Shown here: positions 50,159 to 59,993 of the stretch, in pieces | How the letters are laid out: every line of letters begins with the position of its first letter | Numbering within the stretch: the stretch's first letter is position 1 | From: Armatimonadota bacterium | Lineage (GTDB): Bacteria; Armatimonadota; UBA5829; DSUL01 | DNA: 64,000 bases | Direction: 5' to 3' | NCBI GenBank assembly: GCA_040769165.1 | Contig: JAXGLP010000002.1 | Span: 194,657 to 258,656, forward strand | The notes under the pieces: model-generated | What the model was told of the DNA's origin: nothing | The model's input: only the letters and a program-made list of their open reading frames with translations | The model's database searches: none | Program-made: the position numbers and the translations under genes

Positions 50159-51936
50159 AGCTGCTCCTCGGCAAATGATATTTCAACCAGGTCTTTCGTA
50201 TAGCGCACCCGGCGGCTGGCCGCCACTGTCAGGAACGTTTCGTCTCCGTCCTCGGCGGTAACAGAAAACCCGAACGACTGCCAGAACCCGGCCACCTGAG
50301 CGTTCTTGAGCGTGGCGATGTAGCTCGCCCGCCAGTCGCTGTTGCCCCACAACCGCTCGAGCGCCGACATCACCGTCTCCGCAAACGCATACTCCAGCTC
50401 GCGCCCCAGAATGCGGCAGCTCAGCAGATACGTGTCAATCACGCCCACGCTCCCGTCGCGCCGCGCGATCAGCACTCCCGTCAACCCCATGTCGCCGAAG
50501 CTGTCCCGCGCCGAAAGCGTCCACACCGACCAGTCCGGCGATGCCGCCATGGCCGCGACCTGCGCCTCGGTGTAGCGGCGCGTTGTGAGGTTGAACTGAT
50601 TCGTCTTCTGCGTGAGCTGCGCCGCGCGTGGCAGCTCCTCCGGCCGCACCGGATGGATGTCGGCCCGAATCTTGAGCGACCGCAGATATCCGTCCAGATC
50701 GCCGAATTTCGTCCGTGCCTCCCTGCGCCTGGCTTCTGTCTGATAGAGCGCGGCGCGCTGGCGGTCTTCGTCCGTCGCGCCCAGAGTATCGAACAGCCCG
50801 TCCCGCAGAAGCAGATCCGCGTAGGTGTACAACTTCGCGGGCGTCTGAAGCACCTCCACCTCCGGCAGCGCCTGGCGGATCAGTTCGCACTGAGCGGGGT
50901 CGTCATCAACAAAGACGAAGCTGTCGAGCCCGAGATTCAGCTCCTCCGCCAGCCCCGCGATGCCCGTCGCCTTGTCCTGCCAGTTTACCCTCCACCCCGC
51001 GAGATGCGACCGCTTCACAAGGCAGTCCGGATGGTTGTCGAGAACCTCCCAGACGTCTTCCTCGTTGTTCTTGCTGCACAGGCAGATGAGCACTCCCCGC
51101 TCGGCCAGATTCAGCACCGACCTCTGAAAGTCGAAATACGCTTTTCCGGGATACTCGTTGCGGTCGAGCTGTATGCCCTGCAGGCCTTCCTCCCCGACCA
51201 CGCCGCCCCACAGGGTGTTGTCGCAGTCCAGCACCAGGCACTTCTTGGTTCGCCCTTTCAGCGCCCGCGCGAGCTTCACGATCTCCAGCGCATACGCCTC
51301 CAGAAACGCCCGCCGGAACGGCGCCTTCGCCAGATACCAGTAACGCCGGTCCAGGCTCTCCTGCTCGCCCAGTACGCGCAGCAGGCGTTCCCAGTCCGCC
51401 ACGAAGAACCGGTCCGGCCGCTCCCGCGCGAACTCCCTGACAGATCGGTTCGTCTGGAGAATCTGCTCCTCGGCGCAGGATGTTGCACGTGAAACAATCG
51501 TGCCCCCGGCGGGATAGGACGGCGGGAGAAAGGTGTTGAGGACGATGAGCGCGTCCGTCTTCGAAGCTGCCATCTCCCACAAACCCGCAAGCCGGTCGCG
51601 AAGGCCCTCCGCGCTCCATCCGGGCGCGTTCCAGTCCGGCTCCAGGATGTCCAGCATCAGCGAGAGGACCAGAATGTCCGGCGCGGGCTCGAGCAGCCCC
51701 GAGCCTGCATCCATCAAATCCTGCGCCACGGTGTCGTACCCGCCGAACCGCACGTCCGGCCGGATGCCGGCGCGGTAGAGCTGGCTCTTCAGAAACGGCT
51801 CGACCGGCTCGATGGTGTAGTTGCGCAGAATGCTGATGCGGGCCGAAACGGCGGGCTGCTCCGGCGACCCCTCGGCCCGCGCGACGGCCGCGACAATTTC
51901 GGCAAGGCTCTCCCGTGCGTCCGGCGCGGCGCTCAC
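50134..51936 (-). CDS. HAD-IIIC family phosphatase, FkbH-like domain protein with C-terminal GNAT-like domain
   Basis: HAD motif I LVLDCDNTLWGGVVGEEG, the hallmark of the FkbH-like/HAD-IIIC subfamily. 600 aa. Followed immediately by a discrete ACP. Confidence 0.8.
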   Translation of the reverse strand: MSAAPDARESLAEIVAAVARAEGSPEQPAVSARISILRNYTIEPVEPFLKSQLYRAGIRPDVRFGGYDTVAQDLMDAGSGLLEPAPDILVLSLMLDILEPDWNAPGWSAEGLRDRLAGLWEMAASKTDALIVLNTFLPPSYPAGGTIVSRATSCAEEQILQTNRSVREFARERPDRFFVADWERLLRVLGEQESLDRRYWYLAKAPFRRAFLEAYALEIVKLARALKGRTKKCLVLDCDNTLWGGVVGEEGLQGIQLDRNEYPGKAYFDFQRSVLNLAERGVLICLCSKNNEEDVWEVLDNHPDCLVKRSHLAGWRVNWQDKATGIAGLAEELNLGLDSFVFVDDDPAQCELIRQALPEVEVLQTPAKLYTYADLLLRDGLFDTLGATDEDRQRAALYQTEARRREARTKFGDLDGYLRSLKIRADIHPVRPEELPRAAQLTQKTNQFNLTTRRYTEAQVAAMAASPDWSVWTLSARDSFGDMGLTGVLIARRDGSVGVIDTYLLSCRILGRELEYAFAETVMSALERLWGNSDWRASYIATLKNAQVAGFWQSFGFSVTAEDGDETFLTVAASRRVRYTKDLVEISFAEEQLWKNESGK

Positions 51937-52346
51937 TGCTCCTCCACAATCTCAATCAGCCCGAAGCCGCTGACATGGTAGAAGCTCACCTTCCGCCCGC
52001 CGAAAAGCGGCGCATCCTTCGCTGGGGACACAGGCAGCACGCGGTGGCCATCCGCTTTCAGGTTCGCCAGGGCCACCTGCGCATCGGGAGTGCTGTAGCA
52101 GATGTGATACACCATCTCGGGGTATCGGGACAGAATCGAGTCGAGCGGGCCCGGGCCGTCCGCCGGAAAGATGATCTCGACGGCCGGTTGACCGGGCGCC
52201 TCGCACCAGATCAGATTCACGTTCTGGCCCTCGTCGAACTGCCGCTCCCCTGCCGTGTATCCCATCCCTTCCAGAAACCGCACGGCGCGCTCGGGCTTGC
52301 TCACCGCCAGCCCCAGATGATGAAATGTCAGTCCGCAGCCGTTCAT
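51933..52346 (-). CDS. VOC family protein (glyoxalase/bleomycin-resistance/epimerase-like fold)
   Basis: Paired beta-alpha-beta-beta-beta modules (HHLGLAV...HICYST...). 137 aa. 4-nt overlap with the FkbH-like gene. Confidence 0.65.
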   Translation of the reverse strand: MNGCGLTFHHLGLAVSKPERAVRFLEGMGYTAGERQFDEGQNVNLIWCEAPGQPAVEIIFPADGPGPLDSILSRYPEMVYHICYSTPDAQVALANLKADGHRVLPVSPAKDAPLFGGRKVSFYHVSGFGLIEIVEEQ

Positions 52347-52349
52347 CGC

Positions 52350-53276
52350 CTACGTGCCGAGCACCAGCGCCAGATTGACCGGCAGCCGCCGCTCCTCGCA
52401 CTCCTCCAGCGAGAGTCCCGTATACGGAAACACCTCCTCATCCTCGATGCGCAGACCCGCCTCCTCCGTCATCCGCCGCACCGGCTCCACCGAATCGAAC
52501 AGATAGATATGATCGATCTCCGGGGCGTTGATCGCCGTCGTTACGTAGATGAAAGCATCCGGAGCGGCCAGTTCGTGCAACTTTCGCAGAAATGCGAGCG
52601 GCTGCTCGACATGCTCCAGCACCTCGCCAGCCACCAGAGCGCCGTACTTCCCCGGCGGCGCTTCGCACTCCAGAAAGTCCTGGCACACGAGCTCGTAGTT
52701 CTCCCACCTTCCGAAGAACCCGCTCTCGATGATGCTCCGGGTCATCTCGACGCTCTTCGGGCTGATATCAACGCCGGTGAACGTTTCGTACGCCGAGAGC
52801 CTCATGGCGCTCATCATATGGAACCCGTGCCCCGGCCCAACCTCCAGATAGTGCCCCCCGCGTTCGCGGGGCAGCTTCCGCAGGAACGATTTCCGCATCT
52901 TTCGATGGTTCGGCCACAGAAACGCCGTCAGCGCCAGGCCCGCCATATACTGCTCCATGTACTCCGGGTTCTGATACACGGCATCGGACACTTCGCTGTA
53001 CGTCGAGCAGCGATAGCGGCCGTGACGCTGAAAGTACATCTGCTCGCGCATCGTGTCTTTGACGAGCAGATTGTAGCAGGCCGCAAGGCTGGCCAGACTC
53101 TGCCCGGTGGCGAGGCAGTAGTCGAGATACGCCCCGAACCAATCCCGCTCCTCACCGTCGAGACCGGCCGCGGAGTTGCGGACGAACTGCTGCTGAAGCG
53201 GGTTCTGCGCGCCGATCTCCTGCACAAGCGCGGCGATGTTCTGCTGTGCCGGATTCTTCACGACCTGGCCGGGCAA
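52350..53276 (-). CDS. Class I SAM-dependent methyltransferase (MT3)
   Basis: Motif I YLEVGPGHGFHM, DISPKSV, and post-II ALVAGEVLEHVEQPLAFLRKLHELAAPDAFIYV. Confidence 0.65.
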   Translation of the reverse strand: MPGQVVKNPAQQNIAALVQEIGAQNPLQQQFVRNSAAGLDGEERDWFGAYLDYCLATGQSLASLAACYNLLVKDTMREQMYFQRHGRYRCSTYSEVSDAVYQNPEYMEQYMAGLALTAFLWPNHRKMRKSFLRKLPRERGGHYLEVGPGHGFHMMSAMRLSAYETFTGVDISPKSVEMTRSIIESGFFGRWENYELVCQDFLECEAPPGKYGALVAGEVLEHVEQPLAFLRKLHELAAPDAFIYVTTAINAPEIDHIYLFDSVEPVRRMTEEAGLRIEDEEVFPYTGLSLEECEERRLPVNLALVLGT

Positions 53277-53282
53277 ACCGCG

Positions 53283-53891
53283 CTACTCCTTCGCTTCCCC
53301 GGATCGGCGCCAGTCCAGCGACATCCGCGCGGGGTTGCCGACGAGCACGCCCGCTCTGTCGTACGTTCCCCGCGTGACGGACCCCGCCGAGACGAGAGTT
53401 CCCGGCTGCAGCACTGTCGGGTAGAGCACCATGCTGCCCGCCGCGAGCACGACGTCATCGGGGATGATGATATCGCCCGCTTCCGGCGGATACTTCTCGC
53501 TGAGCGCGCTGTCGCCCAGGTTCTGGTGCGTCAGAATGCGCGAGTACATCCCTATCCCGGCGCGATTGCCGATCGTCACCCTGCCGGTCAGGTCAATCAG
53601 CACATGCTTGCCGATATGCACATCGTCGCCGATTGTCAGATTCCGGAAGCTCCCGCGCGACTCGTGGATCGTGAGCCAGCGGTTGATGCGCGTGTTACGG
53701 CCGAGCTTTGCCCCGCCTATCTGAAGCACAAGGGCCGGGAACAGGCTGTCGTGAAGCACGTATGCCAGCGCCTCGTCGCCCGCAATCAGCCTCAGAAGCG
53801 CGGCTTTTGCGCGGTAGAAGACGCGGAGGTATGCGAAGAGCGCTCCTGTAATGAGCCTGCGCATGGCGTCCTCAGCCGAGCGACCTTTCAA
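53283..53891 (-). CDS. Sugar N/O-acetyltransferase, left-handed beta-helix (hexapeptide repeat) family
   Basis: Hexapeptide repeats (IGDDVHIGKHVLIDLTGRVTIGNRAGIGMYSRILT). 202 aa. Adjacent to the DegT aminotransferase, a WbpD/PglD-like arrangement. Confidence 0.7.
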   Translation of the reverse strand: MKGRSAEDAMRRLITGALFAYLRVFYRAKAALLRLIAGDEALAYVLHDSLFPALVLQIGGAKLGRNTRINRWLTIHESRGSFRNLTIGDDVHIGKHVLIDLTGRVTIGNRAGIGMYSRILTHQNLGDSALSEKYPPEAGDIIIPDDVVLAAGSMVLYPTVLQPGTLVSAGSVTRGTYDRAGVLVGNPARMSLDWRRSGEAKE

Positions 53892-55059
53892 CCGCGGCGA
53901 TCACGTCTTCCACGTCCTCGTCCGACAGCTTCGCCGACAGCGGAAGGCTCACGGTCTGACGTCCGATCGCCATGGCGTTCGGATAGTCCTCGGGCCGCCA
54001 CCCGTAGCGCTCCTGATAGTAGGGATGCTCGGCGATGCTCTGATAGTGCACGCCCACCCCTATGTTGTGAGCCGTCATCCTGTCCAGGAATGCGTCCCTG
54101 CCGGCCCCCGCGCGCGCCTCGTCCACAAGGATGGTGTAGAGATGATGCGCGTGCCTCGTGTCCGGCTCCGGATCGGCCGGCAGCCCGAGCGGCAGAGAGC
54201 GGAAGGCCGTGTTATAGCGCTCGCATATCTGACTGCGCCGCTGCCAGTACGGCTCCACGCGCTGGAGCTGATGGATCCCGATGGCCGCCTGGATGTCCAT
54301 CATGTTGTACTTGAAGCCGCACTCCACCACCTGATAGTGCCGGTACCCGGAATCCCCGAACCGCTTCCAGGCGTCCTTCGTCATCCCGTGAAGCGCCAGA
54401 ATCTTGACGCGTGCCGCATCCTCCTCGCGCTGCGTCACCACCATTCCGCCCTCGCCCGTGACGACGTTTTTCGTCACATAGAAGCTGAAGCACCCGAAGT
54501 CGCCGATCGTCCCCGCGGGACGCCCGTGATACTCCGTCTCGATGGCGTGCGCGCAGTCCTCGATGACCTTCAGCCCGTGCTCCTCAGCCAGGCTCCCGAG
54601 AGCGTCCATGTCGCATGCTCTTCCCGCGAAGTGCACCGGCACAATCGCCCGGGTCCTCTCCGTCACGCGGCGGGCGGCATCCGCGGGGTCCAGGTTCATG
54701 CTGCGCGGGTCGACATCGGCAATGACCGGCGTGCCGCCAGCGTGGATGATGGCGTTGACCGTGGCGCAGAACGTGAGCGCGGTGGTGATGACCTCGTCGC
54801 CCGGCTGGATTCCCGCCGCGAGCATGCTCAGATGCAGCGCCGCCGTGCACGAGTTGACCGCCACCGCCTGCTGTGCGCGGCGGTACGCTCGGAAGTCTTC
54901 CTCGAAGCGCGCGACCTTGGGACCCGTGCCGAGCCATCCGCTGCGCATGCAGCGGACGACTTCATCTACCTCGGCTTCTTCTATGGCCGGCGAGCCGAAT
55001 ACGAGGAACCTGTCTTTCGGGCGGACTGGCGGGCCTGTAAAGGTCTTTTCTGTTGCCAT
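53872..55059 (-). CDS. DegT/DnrJ/EryC1/StrS family PLP-dependent sugar aminotransferase
   Basis: DFRAYRRAQQAVAVNSCTAALHLSM...VIEDCAHA...SFYVTKNVVTGEGGMVV (PLP-binding Lys region). 395 aa. Confidence 0.85.
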   Translation of the reverse strand: MATEKTFTGPPVRPKDRFLVFGSPAIEEAEVDEVVRCMRSGWLGTGPKVARFEEDFRAYRRAQQAVAVNSCTAALHLSMLAAGIQPGDEVITTALTFCATVNAIIHAGGTPVIADVDPRSMNLDPADAARRVTERTRAIVPVHFAGRACDMDALGSLAEEHGLKVIEDCAHAIETEYHGRPAGTIGDFGCFSFYVTKNVVTGEGGMVVTQREEDAARVKILALHGMTKDAWKRFGDSGYRHYQVVECGFKYNMMDIQAAIGIHQLQRVEPYWQRRSQICERYNTAFRSLPLGLPADPEPDTRHAHHLYTILVDEARAGAGRDAFLDRMTAHNIGVGVHYQSIAEHPYYQERYGWRPEDYPNAMAIGRQTVSLPLSAKLSDEDVEDVIAAVERSLG

Positions 55060-55166
55060 GGAGGGTCTGCGATTTGACAGTCGGGCGCGGCCATTATACC
55101 ATGACGTTCCGGGGGACGCGATTGGCGCGCGGTGCTGGCGCCGGGGCGGTCTCCACCCGACTGAAC

Positions 55167-56279
55167 ATGCAGCAAACAGAGAAAAGACACTCCTCCCGGC
55201 GCAGCCGGATCGGCGAAGTGAGCAGGTGGGCGCTTGTCATCCTCGCTTCGGTTCTGGTCTGCCTGCTGGCGGGGTGGATCATCTCGGCGCGCACCGAAAA
55301 GCAGTACCAGGCCCGCGCAAGCATCTTCGTGCGCGGAAACTCCCGCGCAATCGCCCTTCCGTCCGAGCTCAGTTCGCTCGCCTCGATGATGCAGGGGCCG
55401 GAGCCGACCAGCTACGCGATGGCGCTGCTGGAGAGCGCCGACTTCGCCCGCGAGATCGTCAAGAAGCTTTCGCTGCTCTCGAACCCGGATTTCACGGACG
55501 GGCGGGCGTTCACAATCTCGACAGCGCCGCGCACTCTGCAGAAGATGACCCGCGTCGAGGACAACCGCAAAGGGCTGATCAGTGTTCAGGCCACGAGCAA
55601 GTCGCCGGAGCTTGCCGCCGAACTCGCCAACGGCTACGTTGACCACCTGATGAGCAAAGTCGCAAGCGCCAACGCGCGCAAGCGCATCTACATCGGCGGC
55701 AAAATCGGCGATCTGGAGGCCGAACTGAACGCCCTCGAAGAGCGCCAGCGCGAGCTGAGCTCCCGCGAGTCCATCGTCAATCTCCCCGAGCAGACCCGGG
55801 CCGCCGTGCAGGCTCTGGCCCAGCTCGAGAGCCGCCTGCAGGAGATCGAAACATCGCTGAAGGGCGTCAACAGCGACCTGACGAACACCGGCCAGCTTCC
55901 GGAGCTGGCCAAGCTCAAGGCGAAGAAAAGCTCCCTCGAAGCTCAGCAGGCCGAGGTGCGGCGCGCAATCGCGGACAGCAACGCGCGCCTGAAGTCGGTG
56001 CCGGCCGCCGCTCTCGAACAGGCGCGCCTGCAGCGCGAGATAGACCTGAAAGCCAAGCTCTTCCAGAGCCTCTCCGAACAGCACCAGCTCGCGCAGATAG
56101 ACGAGCAATCCGACGCCAGAGTGTACCAGGTCGTTGACCGCGCCCACGTGCCCGTCCGCCCGGCGCGCCCGAATCTCCCCGTCAACCTCGCGCTGTCTCT
56201 GATTCTTGGCGCCGCGCTCGGAATCGCCATCAACATCCTGATCTCCGACCTCGCGAGCGAGGCGGCGGGTGACTTCTGA
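55167..56279 (+). CDS. Polysaccharide chain-length determinant / polysaccharide co-polymerase (Wzz/GumC-like)
   Basis: N-terminal TM (VSRWALVILASVLVCLLAGWIISA), long periplasmic coiled coil (LEAELNALEERQRELS..., LQEIETSLKG...), C-terminal TM (LALSLILGAALGIAINIL). Start at the internal ATG (MQQTEKR). Confidence 0.65.
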   Translation: MQQTEKRHSSRRSRIGEVSRWALVILASVLVCLLAGWIISARTEKQYQARASIFVRGNSRAIALPSELSSLASMMQGPEPTSYAMALLESADFAREIVKKLSLLSNPDFTDGRAFTISTAPRTLQKMTRVEDNRKGLISVQATSKSPELAAELANGYVDHLMSKVASANARKRIYIGGKIGDLEAELNALEERQRELSSRESIVNLPEQTRAAVQALAQLESRLQEIETSLKGVNSDLTNTGQLPELAKLKAKKSSLEAQQAEVRRAIADSNARLKSVPAAALEQARLQREIDLKAKLFQSLSEQHQLAQIDEQSDARVYQVVDRAHVPVRPARPNLPVNLALSLILGAALGIAINILISDLASEAAGDF

Positions 56280-57450
56280 GCCAGCTCTGCGCGTCGAGCG
56301 CGTCATCGCGCGCCTCAACATCGGCGGCCCCGCAATCTACACTATCCTGCTGACGAGCCGCCTGCGCGAGCGGGGAATAGACACCGAGCTCATCACCGGC
56401 GTCGAAGCCCCCCACGAGGGGAACATGCTCGCGCTCGCAGAGGCAAACGGCGTCAAGCCGCACATCATTCCGGCGCTCGGCCGCGAGCTGTCGCCCGTGC
56501 GCGACCCGGCCGTCGTCTTCAAGCTCTACAGGCGCTTCAGGCAGACGCGGCCGCACATCGTTGACACGCACACGGCCAAGGCCGGCGCGGTCGGCAGGAC
56601 GGCCGCCTGGCTCGCCCGCGTGCCCATCCGCATCCACACGTTCCACGGCCACGTCTTCCACGGATACTTCTCTCCCGCGAAGACACGGCTGTTCGTCCGG
56701 CTCGAAACAGATCTCGCGCGCATCTCCACGCGTATTGTCGTGCTGGGGCAGCGCCAGAGAGACGAGATTCTCGGCCTCGGGATCGGCCGCCCGGAGCAGT
56801 TCGAGGTCATCCCGCTCGGGCTCGATCTCACGCGCTTCTACTCGGCCGAAGCGCACGCGGGCGAGCTGCGGAGCGAGCTCGGGCTCGGCCCCGGCGCAAG
56901 AGTCGTCTCCATTGTGGCGCGCCTCGTGCCGATCAAGGCACACGACGTCTTCCTCGACGCCGCCGCCCGCATCCACGGTCAGATGCCCGAAACCGTGTTC
57001 GCCGTCGCGGGCGACGGTCCGGAGCGCGAACGGCTGGAAGCACGCACGAAAGAGATGGGCCTCGACTCGTGCGTCCGCTTCCTCGGCTTCCGCGAAGACC
57101 TGCCGCGCTTATACGCCGGCTCGGACGCGACGGTGCTGTGCTCGGACAACGAGGGGATGCCCGTCGCGCTGATCGAATCGCTCGCATCCGCTACCCCCGC
57201 CGTCGCCACGGACGCAGGCGAGACGCGTGAGATCATCCGCGATGGCGTCACGGGATTCGTGGTTCCGCCGGGAAACCCGGAAGCGCTGGCAGGCGCGGTT
57301 GTGCGGCTGCTGGATTCGGGCGAGCGCGAGGCGATGGGCTTGGCCGGACGGGAGCACGTGCGAGAGCGCTTCTCAATCGAACGCCTCTGCGCGGACATCG
57401 AAGCGCTGTACAGGCGGCTTGCGGCGGAAAGGTTGCGCCCGGCGGCCTAA
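56269..57450 (+). CDS. Glycosyltransferase family 4
   Basis: GT-B with C-terminal EGMPVALIESLASATPAVATDAGETREIIRDGVTGFVV (E-x7-E region). Confidence 0.8.
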   Translation: MTSEPALRVERVIARLNIGGPAIYTILLTSRLRERGIDTELITGVEAPHEGNMLALAEANGVKPHIIPALGRELSPVRDPAVVFKLYRRFRQTRPHIVDTHTAKAGAVGRTAAWLARVPIRIHTFHGHVFHGYFSPAKTRLFVRLETDLARISTRIVVLGQRQRDEILGLGIGRPEQFEVIPLGLDLTRFYSAEAHAGELRSELGLGPGARVVSIVARLVPIKAHDVFLDAAARIHGQMPETVFAVAGDGPERERLEARTKEMGLDSCVRFLGFREDLPRLYAGSDATVLCSDNEGMPVALIESLASATPAVATDAGETREIIRDGVTGFVVPPGNPEALAGAVVRLLDSGEREAMGLAGREHVRERFSIERLCADIEALYRRLAAERLRPAA

Positions 57451-57519
57451 TCAAGGTTTACTGCGTTGTGCTGCCGCGGACGCCACACAACAACACCGCG
57501 GCAAACTGAAGGCTGTTTT

Positions 57520-58467
57520 ATGAAAGTACTGGTAACCGGAGGAGCCGGGTTCATCGGCTCTCACCTCGTCGAAGGTCTTCTTCAGAAGGACTACGAGGTT
57601 GTGGTGGCCGACAACCTGGCCACGGGAAAGAAAGAGAACCTTGCGGCGGTCGCGGACAGAATCGAGTTCCGGGAACTTGACCTTGCCGACGTCGAGCAGG
57701 CCGTCAGCGCCGTGGAAGGCGTGGAGGCCGTTCTGCACGCGGCCGCAATTCCGTCCGTTCCGCGATCGGTTTCGGATCCGATGCTGTCCAACAACGCCAG
57801 CATCAACGCAACCCTGAACACGCTCATCGCCGCCCGCGATGCCGAACTCTCCCGCTTCGTTTACGCCGCTTCTTCGGCGGTATATGGCGACGACCCGGCC
57901 CTGCCCAAAACAGAGGACATGCCCGCCCACCCGATGAGCCCTTATGCAATCGGCAAGCTCACGGGCGAGTATTACTGCTCGGTGTTCTATCAACTCTACG
58001 GGCTCCCGGCGATGAGCCTGCGCTACTTCAACGTGTACGGGCCGCGGCAGGACCCCAACTCGGAGTACGCCGCAGTCATCCCAAGGTTTATCACCACGCT
58101 GCTCAAGGGGGAGCAGCCCACGATCTACGGCGACGGCGAGCAGTCGCGCGACTTTACCTACGTCGAGGATATCGTGCAGGCGAACATCCTCGCTCTTGAG
58201 TCCTCGCGCGGCTTCGGCGAAACCATGAATGTCGCGTCCGGGGATCGCGTGTCGCTGAACGAACTCTTCGCGAGGCTCCGCGTTCTGACCGGCTCCGACC
58301 AGTCGCCAGTGTACGCGCCCGCCAGGGCCGGAGACGTGAAGCACTCACGCGCTGACATCTCGAAGGCGAGAGAGATGCTCGGCTATGAGCCGCGCATCAG
58401 CTTCGCCGAGGGTATGGACCGCACTGCGTCCTGGTTCAGAAAGCAGATGGAGACGGCAGGGGGGTGA
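57520..58467 (+). CDS. NAD-dependent epimerase/dehydratase (SDR family, UDP-hexose/HexNAc 4-epimerase-like)
   Basis: MKVLVTGGAGFIGSHLV Rossmann motif and catalytic YAIGK (YxxxK). Start at the internal ATG. Confidence 0.85.
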   Translation: MKVLVTGGAGFIGSHLVEGLLQKDYEVVVADNLATGKKENLAAVADRIEFRELDLADVEQAVSAVEGVEAVLHAAAIPSVPRSVSDPMLSNNASINATLNTLIAARDAELSRFVYAASSAVYGDDPALPKTEDMPAHPMSPYAIGKLTGEYYCSVFYQLYGLPAMSLRYFNVYGPRQDPNSEYAAVIPRFITTLLKGEQPTIYGDGEQSRDFTYVEDIVQANILALESSRGFGETMNVASGDRVSLNELFARLRVLTGSDQSPVYAPARAGDVKHSRADISKAREMLGYEPRISFAEGMDRTASWFRKQMETAGG

Positions 58468-59993
58468 CACCCGAAGCTGTGGTCCTGCGGGCTGGCGCGG
58501 CCGCCCTGGTCGCCTTCCCAACAGGCCTCTTGCTTATCCCGGTCATGATCGCGCTCGCGCGCAGACTCAACTTCGTCGCGGCCCCGCGCAAAGACCGCTG
58601 GGGCAGCAGGCCGACGGCGCTCATGGGGGGCGTCGCTATCTACGCGGCCGCGTCTCTTGCCGTGTTCGCGGCTGTGCCGGACTTCAGGCCGCTTGCGGGT
58701 CTGTATCTCGCGGGCACGGCCATGTTCGTCGTCGGGCTGATTGACGACATCTTCACCCTCGGACCGCACTACAAGCTGCTTGCGCAGGTTGTGGCGGCTT
58801 GCATCCTTGTGGCCTTCGGCGTCCATTTCGCCTTCGCGGGACACCCGCTGTTCTCCATCGCGCTCACCCTTCTATTTGTGGTTGGCATCACCAACGCCAT
58901 CAACCTGCTGGACAACATGGACGGTCTCGCGGCGGGGATTGCGCTCGTTTCTTCGCTCGTGCTGGTGGCGGGAGGAGCGTTGACGGGGCGGCCGATGAGC
59001 GCGATCACCGCCGGCGCCCTGGCCGGAGCCCTGCTCGCCTTTCTTATCTTCAACTTCTACCCGGCGCGGGTGTATATGGGCGACTGCGGCAGCCTGTTTC
59101 TCGGACTGATGCTGGCCGGGCTAGCTATTCGAACTTCGGGCTCCATTACAACGATGTCCGGCGCCATCCTTTTTCCGGCCATCGTCCTCGCGATACCCAT
59201 CTTCGATACCGCCTTCGTGACCATCGTCCGCACCATCAACGGGCGCGCGATATCGGAAGGCGGCTGCGACCATACCTCGCACCGCCTTGTGAGGCTCGGG
59301 CTGTCCGAGCCGCAGACCGTGCTGCTGTTGTGCGCCGCCAGCCTGCTGTTCGGCTGGCTGGGGGTGCTCGCGATGACGTACCGCTCGGTGGCCCTGTTCG
59401 TCACCGGCGCGCTCGCCGCCGCCCTGCTGCTCACCTCCGGCCACGTGCTCGCTCAGGTGCGGGTCTATCAGGACCCGGAGGGCGCTCAGCCGCCTGACGA
59501 ACCCTCGGCTTTCGATCCTGTCCGGCTGTACAAAAAGCACTTCGCCGCCGCTCTCGTGGATGTGCTGCTTGCGGTTGCAGCTTTTCTAGCGGCTGTCGAG
59601 GCGTTGCGGGTCAGCGGTATCGGCGATATCAGGCACACGTTGATGATCACATCCCCCGCCGCAATCGCGGGCGCCGCCGTGGGAATGGGCGTTGCGGGAG
59701 TCTATCGCGAAGTGCGAGCGGGTCTTTGGAAACGGCTGCTGATGCGGCTGGCCGCCGGGGCGGCGATCGCGGGAGCGGCTTCTTTTGCCGCATGCGCGCT
59801 GGTGACGGGAGTTGAACTGGCGGCCGTTCTCTGCCTCCTCTACTGCACCCTGCTTCTGGCGCTTTGTGCGTCCGTGCGAGGGCTCTACAGAATCGCCGGC
59901 GACGCCATCGTCCGGGCGAACAGCGTGCAGCCCGGGCCGGTGGATGGGGGCGAACCTCCGCTGGAACCACAGACGCAGGAAGGAACTGTATGA
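58464..59993 (+). CDS. Polyprenol-phosphate:N-acetylhexosamine-1-phosphate transferase (MraY/WecA/WbpL family, GT4 of the PNPT superfamily), with extended C-terminal TM region
   Basis: VGLIDDIFTL, NAINLLDNMDGLAAG, FYPARVYMGDCGSLFLG motifs of the MraY-like family. 509 aa, about 11+ TM segments. Confidence 0.85.
   Translation: MTPEAVVLRAGAAALVAFPTGLLLIPVMIALARRLNFVAAPRKDRWGSRPTALMGGVAIYAAASLAVFAAVPDFRPLAGLYLAGTAMFVVGLIDDIFTLGPHYKLLAQVVAACILVAFGVHFAFAGHPLFSIALTLLFVVGITNAINLLDNMDGLAAGIALVSSLVLVAGGALTGRPMSAITAGALAGALLAFLIFNFYPARVYMGDCGSLFLGLMLAGLAIRTSGSITTMSGAILFPAIVLAIPIFDTAFVTIVRTINGRAISEGGCDHTSHRLVRLGLSEPQTVLLLCAASLLFGWLGVLAMTYRSVALFVTGALAAALLLTSGHVLAQVRVYQDPEGAQPPDEPSAFDPVRLYKKHFAAALVDVLLAVAAFLAAVEALRVSGIGDIRHTLMITSPAAIAGAAVGMGVAGVYREVRAGLWKRLLMRLAAGAAIAGAASFAACALVTGVELAAVLCLLYCTLLLALCASVRGLYRIAGDAIVRANSVQPGPVDGGEPPLEPQTQEGTV

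Noticed and set aside
51915-54314. 799-aa plus-strand ORF
   Set aside because: Antisense to the VOC / methyltransferase / acetyltransferase / aminotransferase run, all of which have clear family motifs on the minus strand.
54981-56321. 446-aa minus-strand ORF
   Set aside because: Antisense to the Wzz/PCP gene and part of the GT4 gene.
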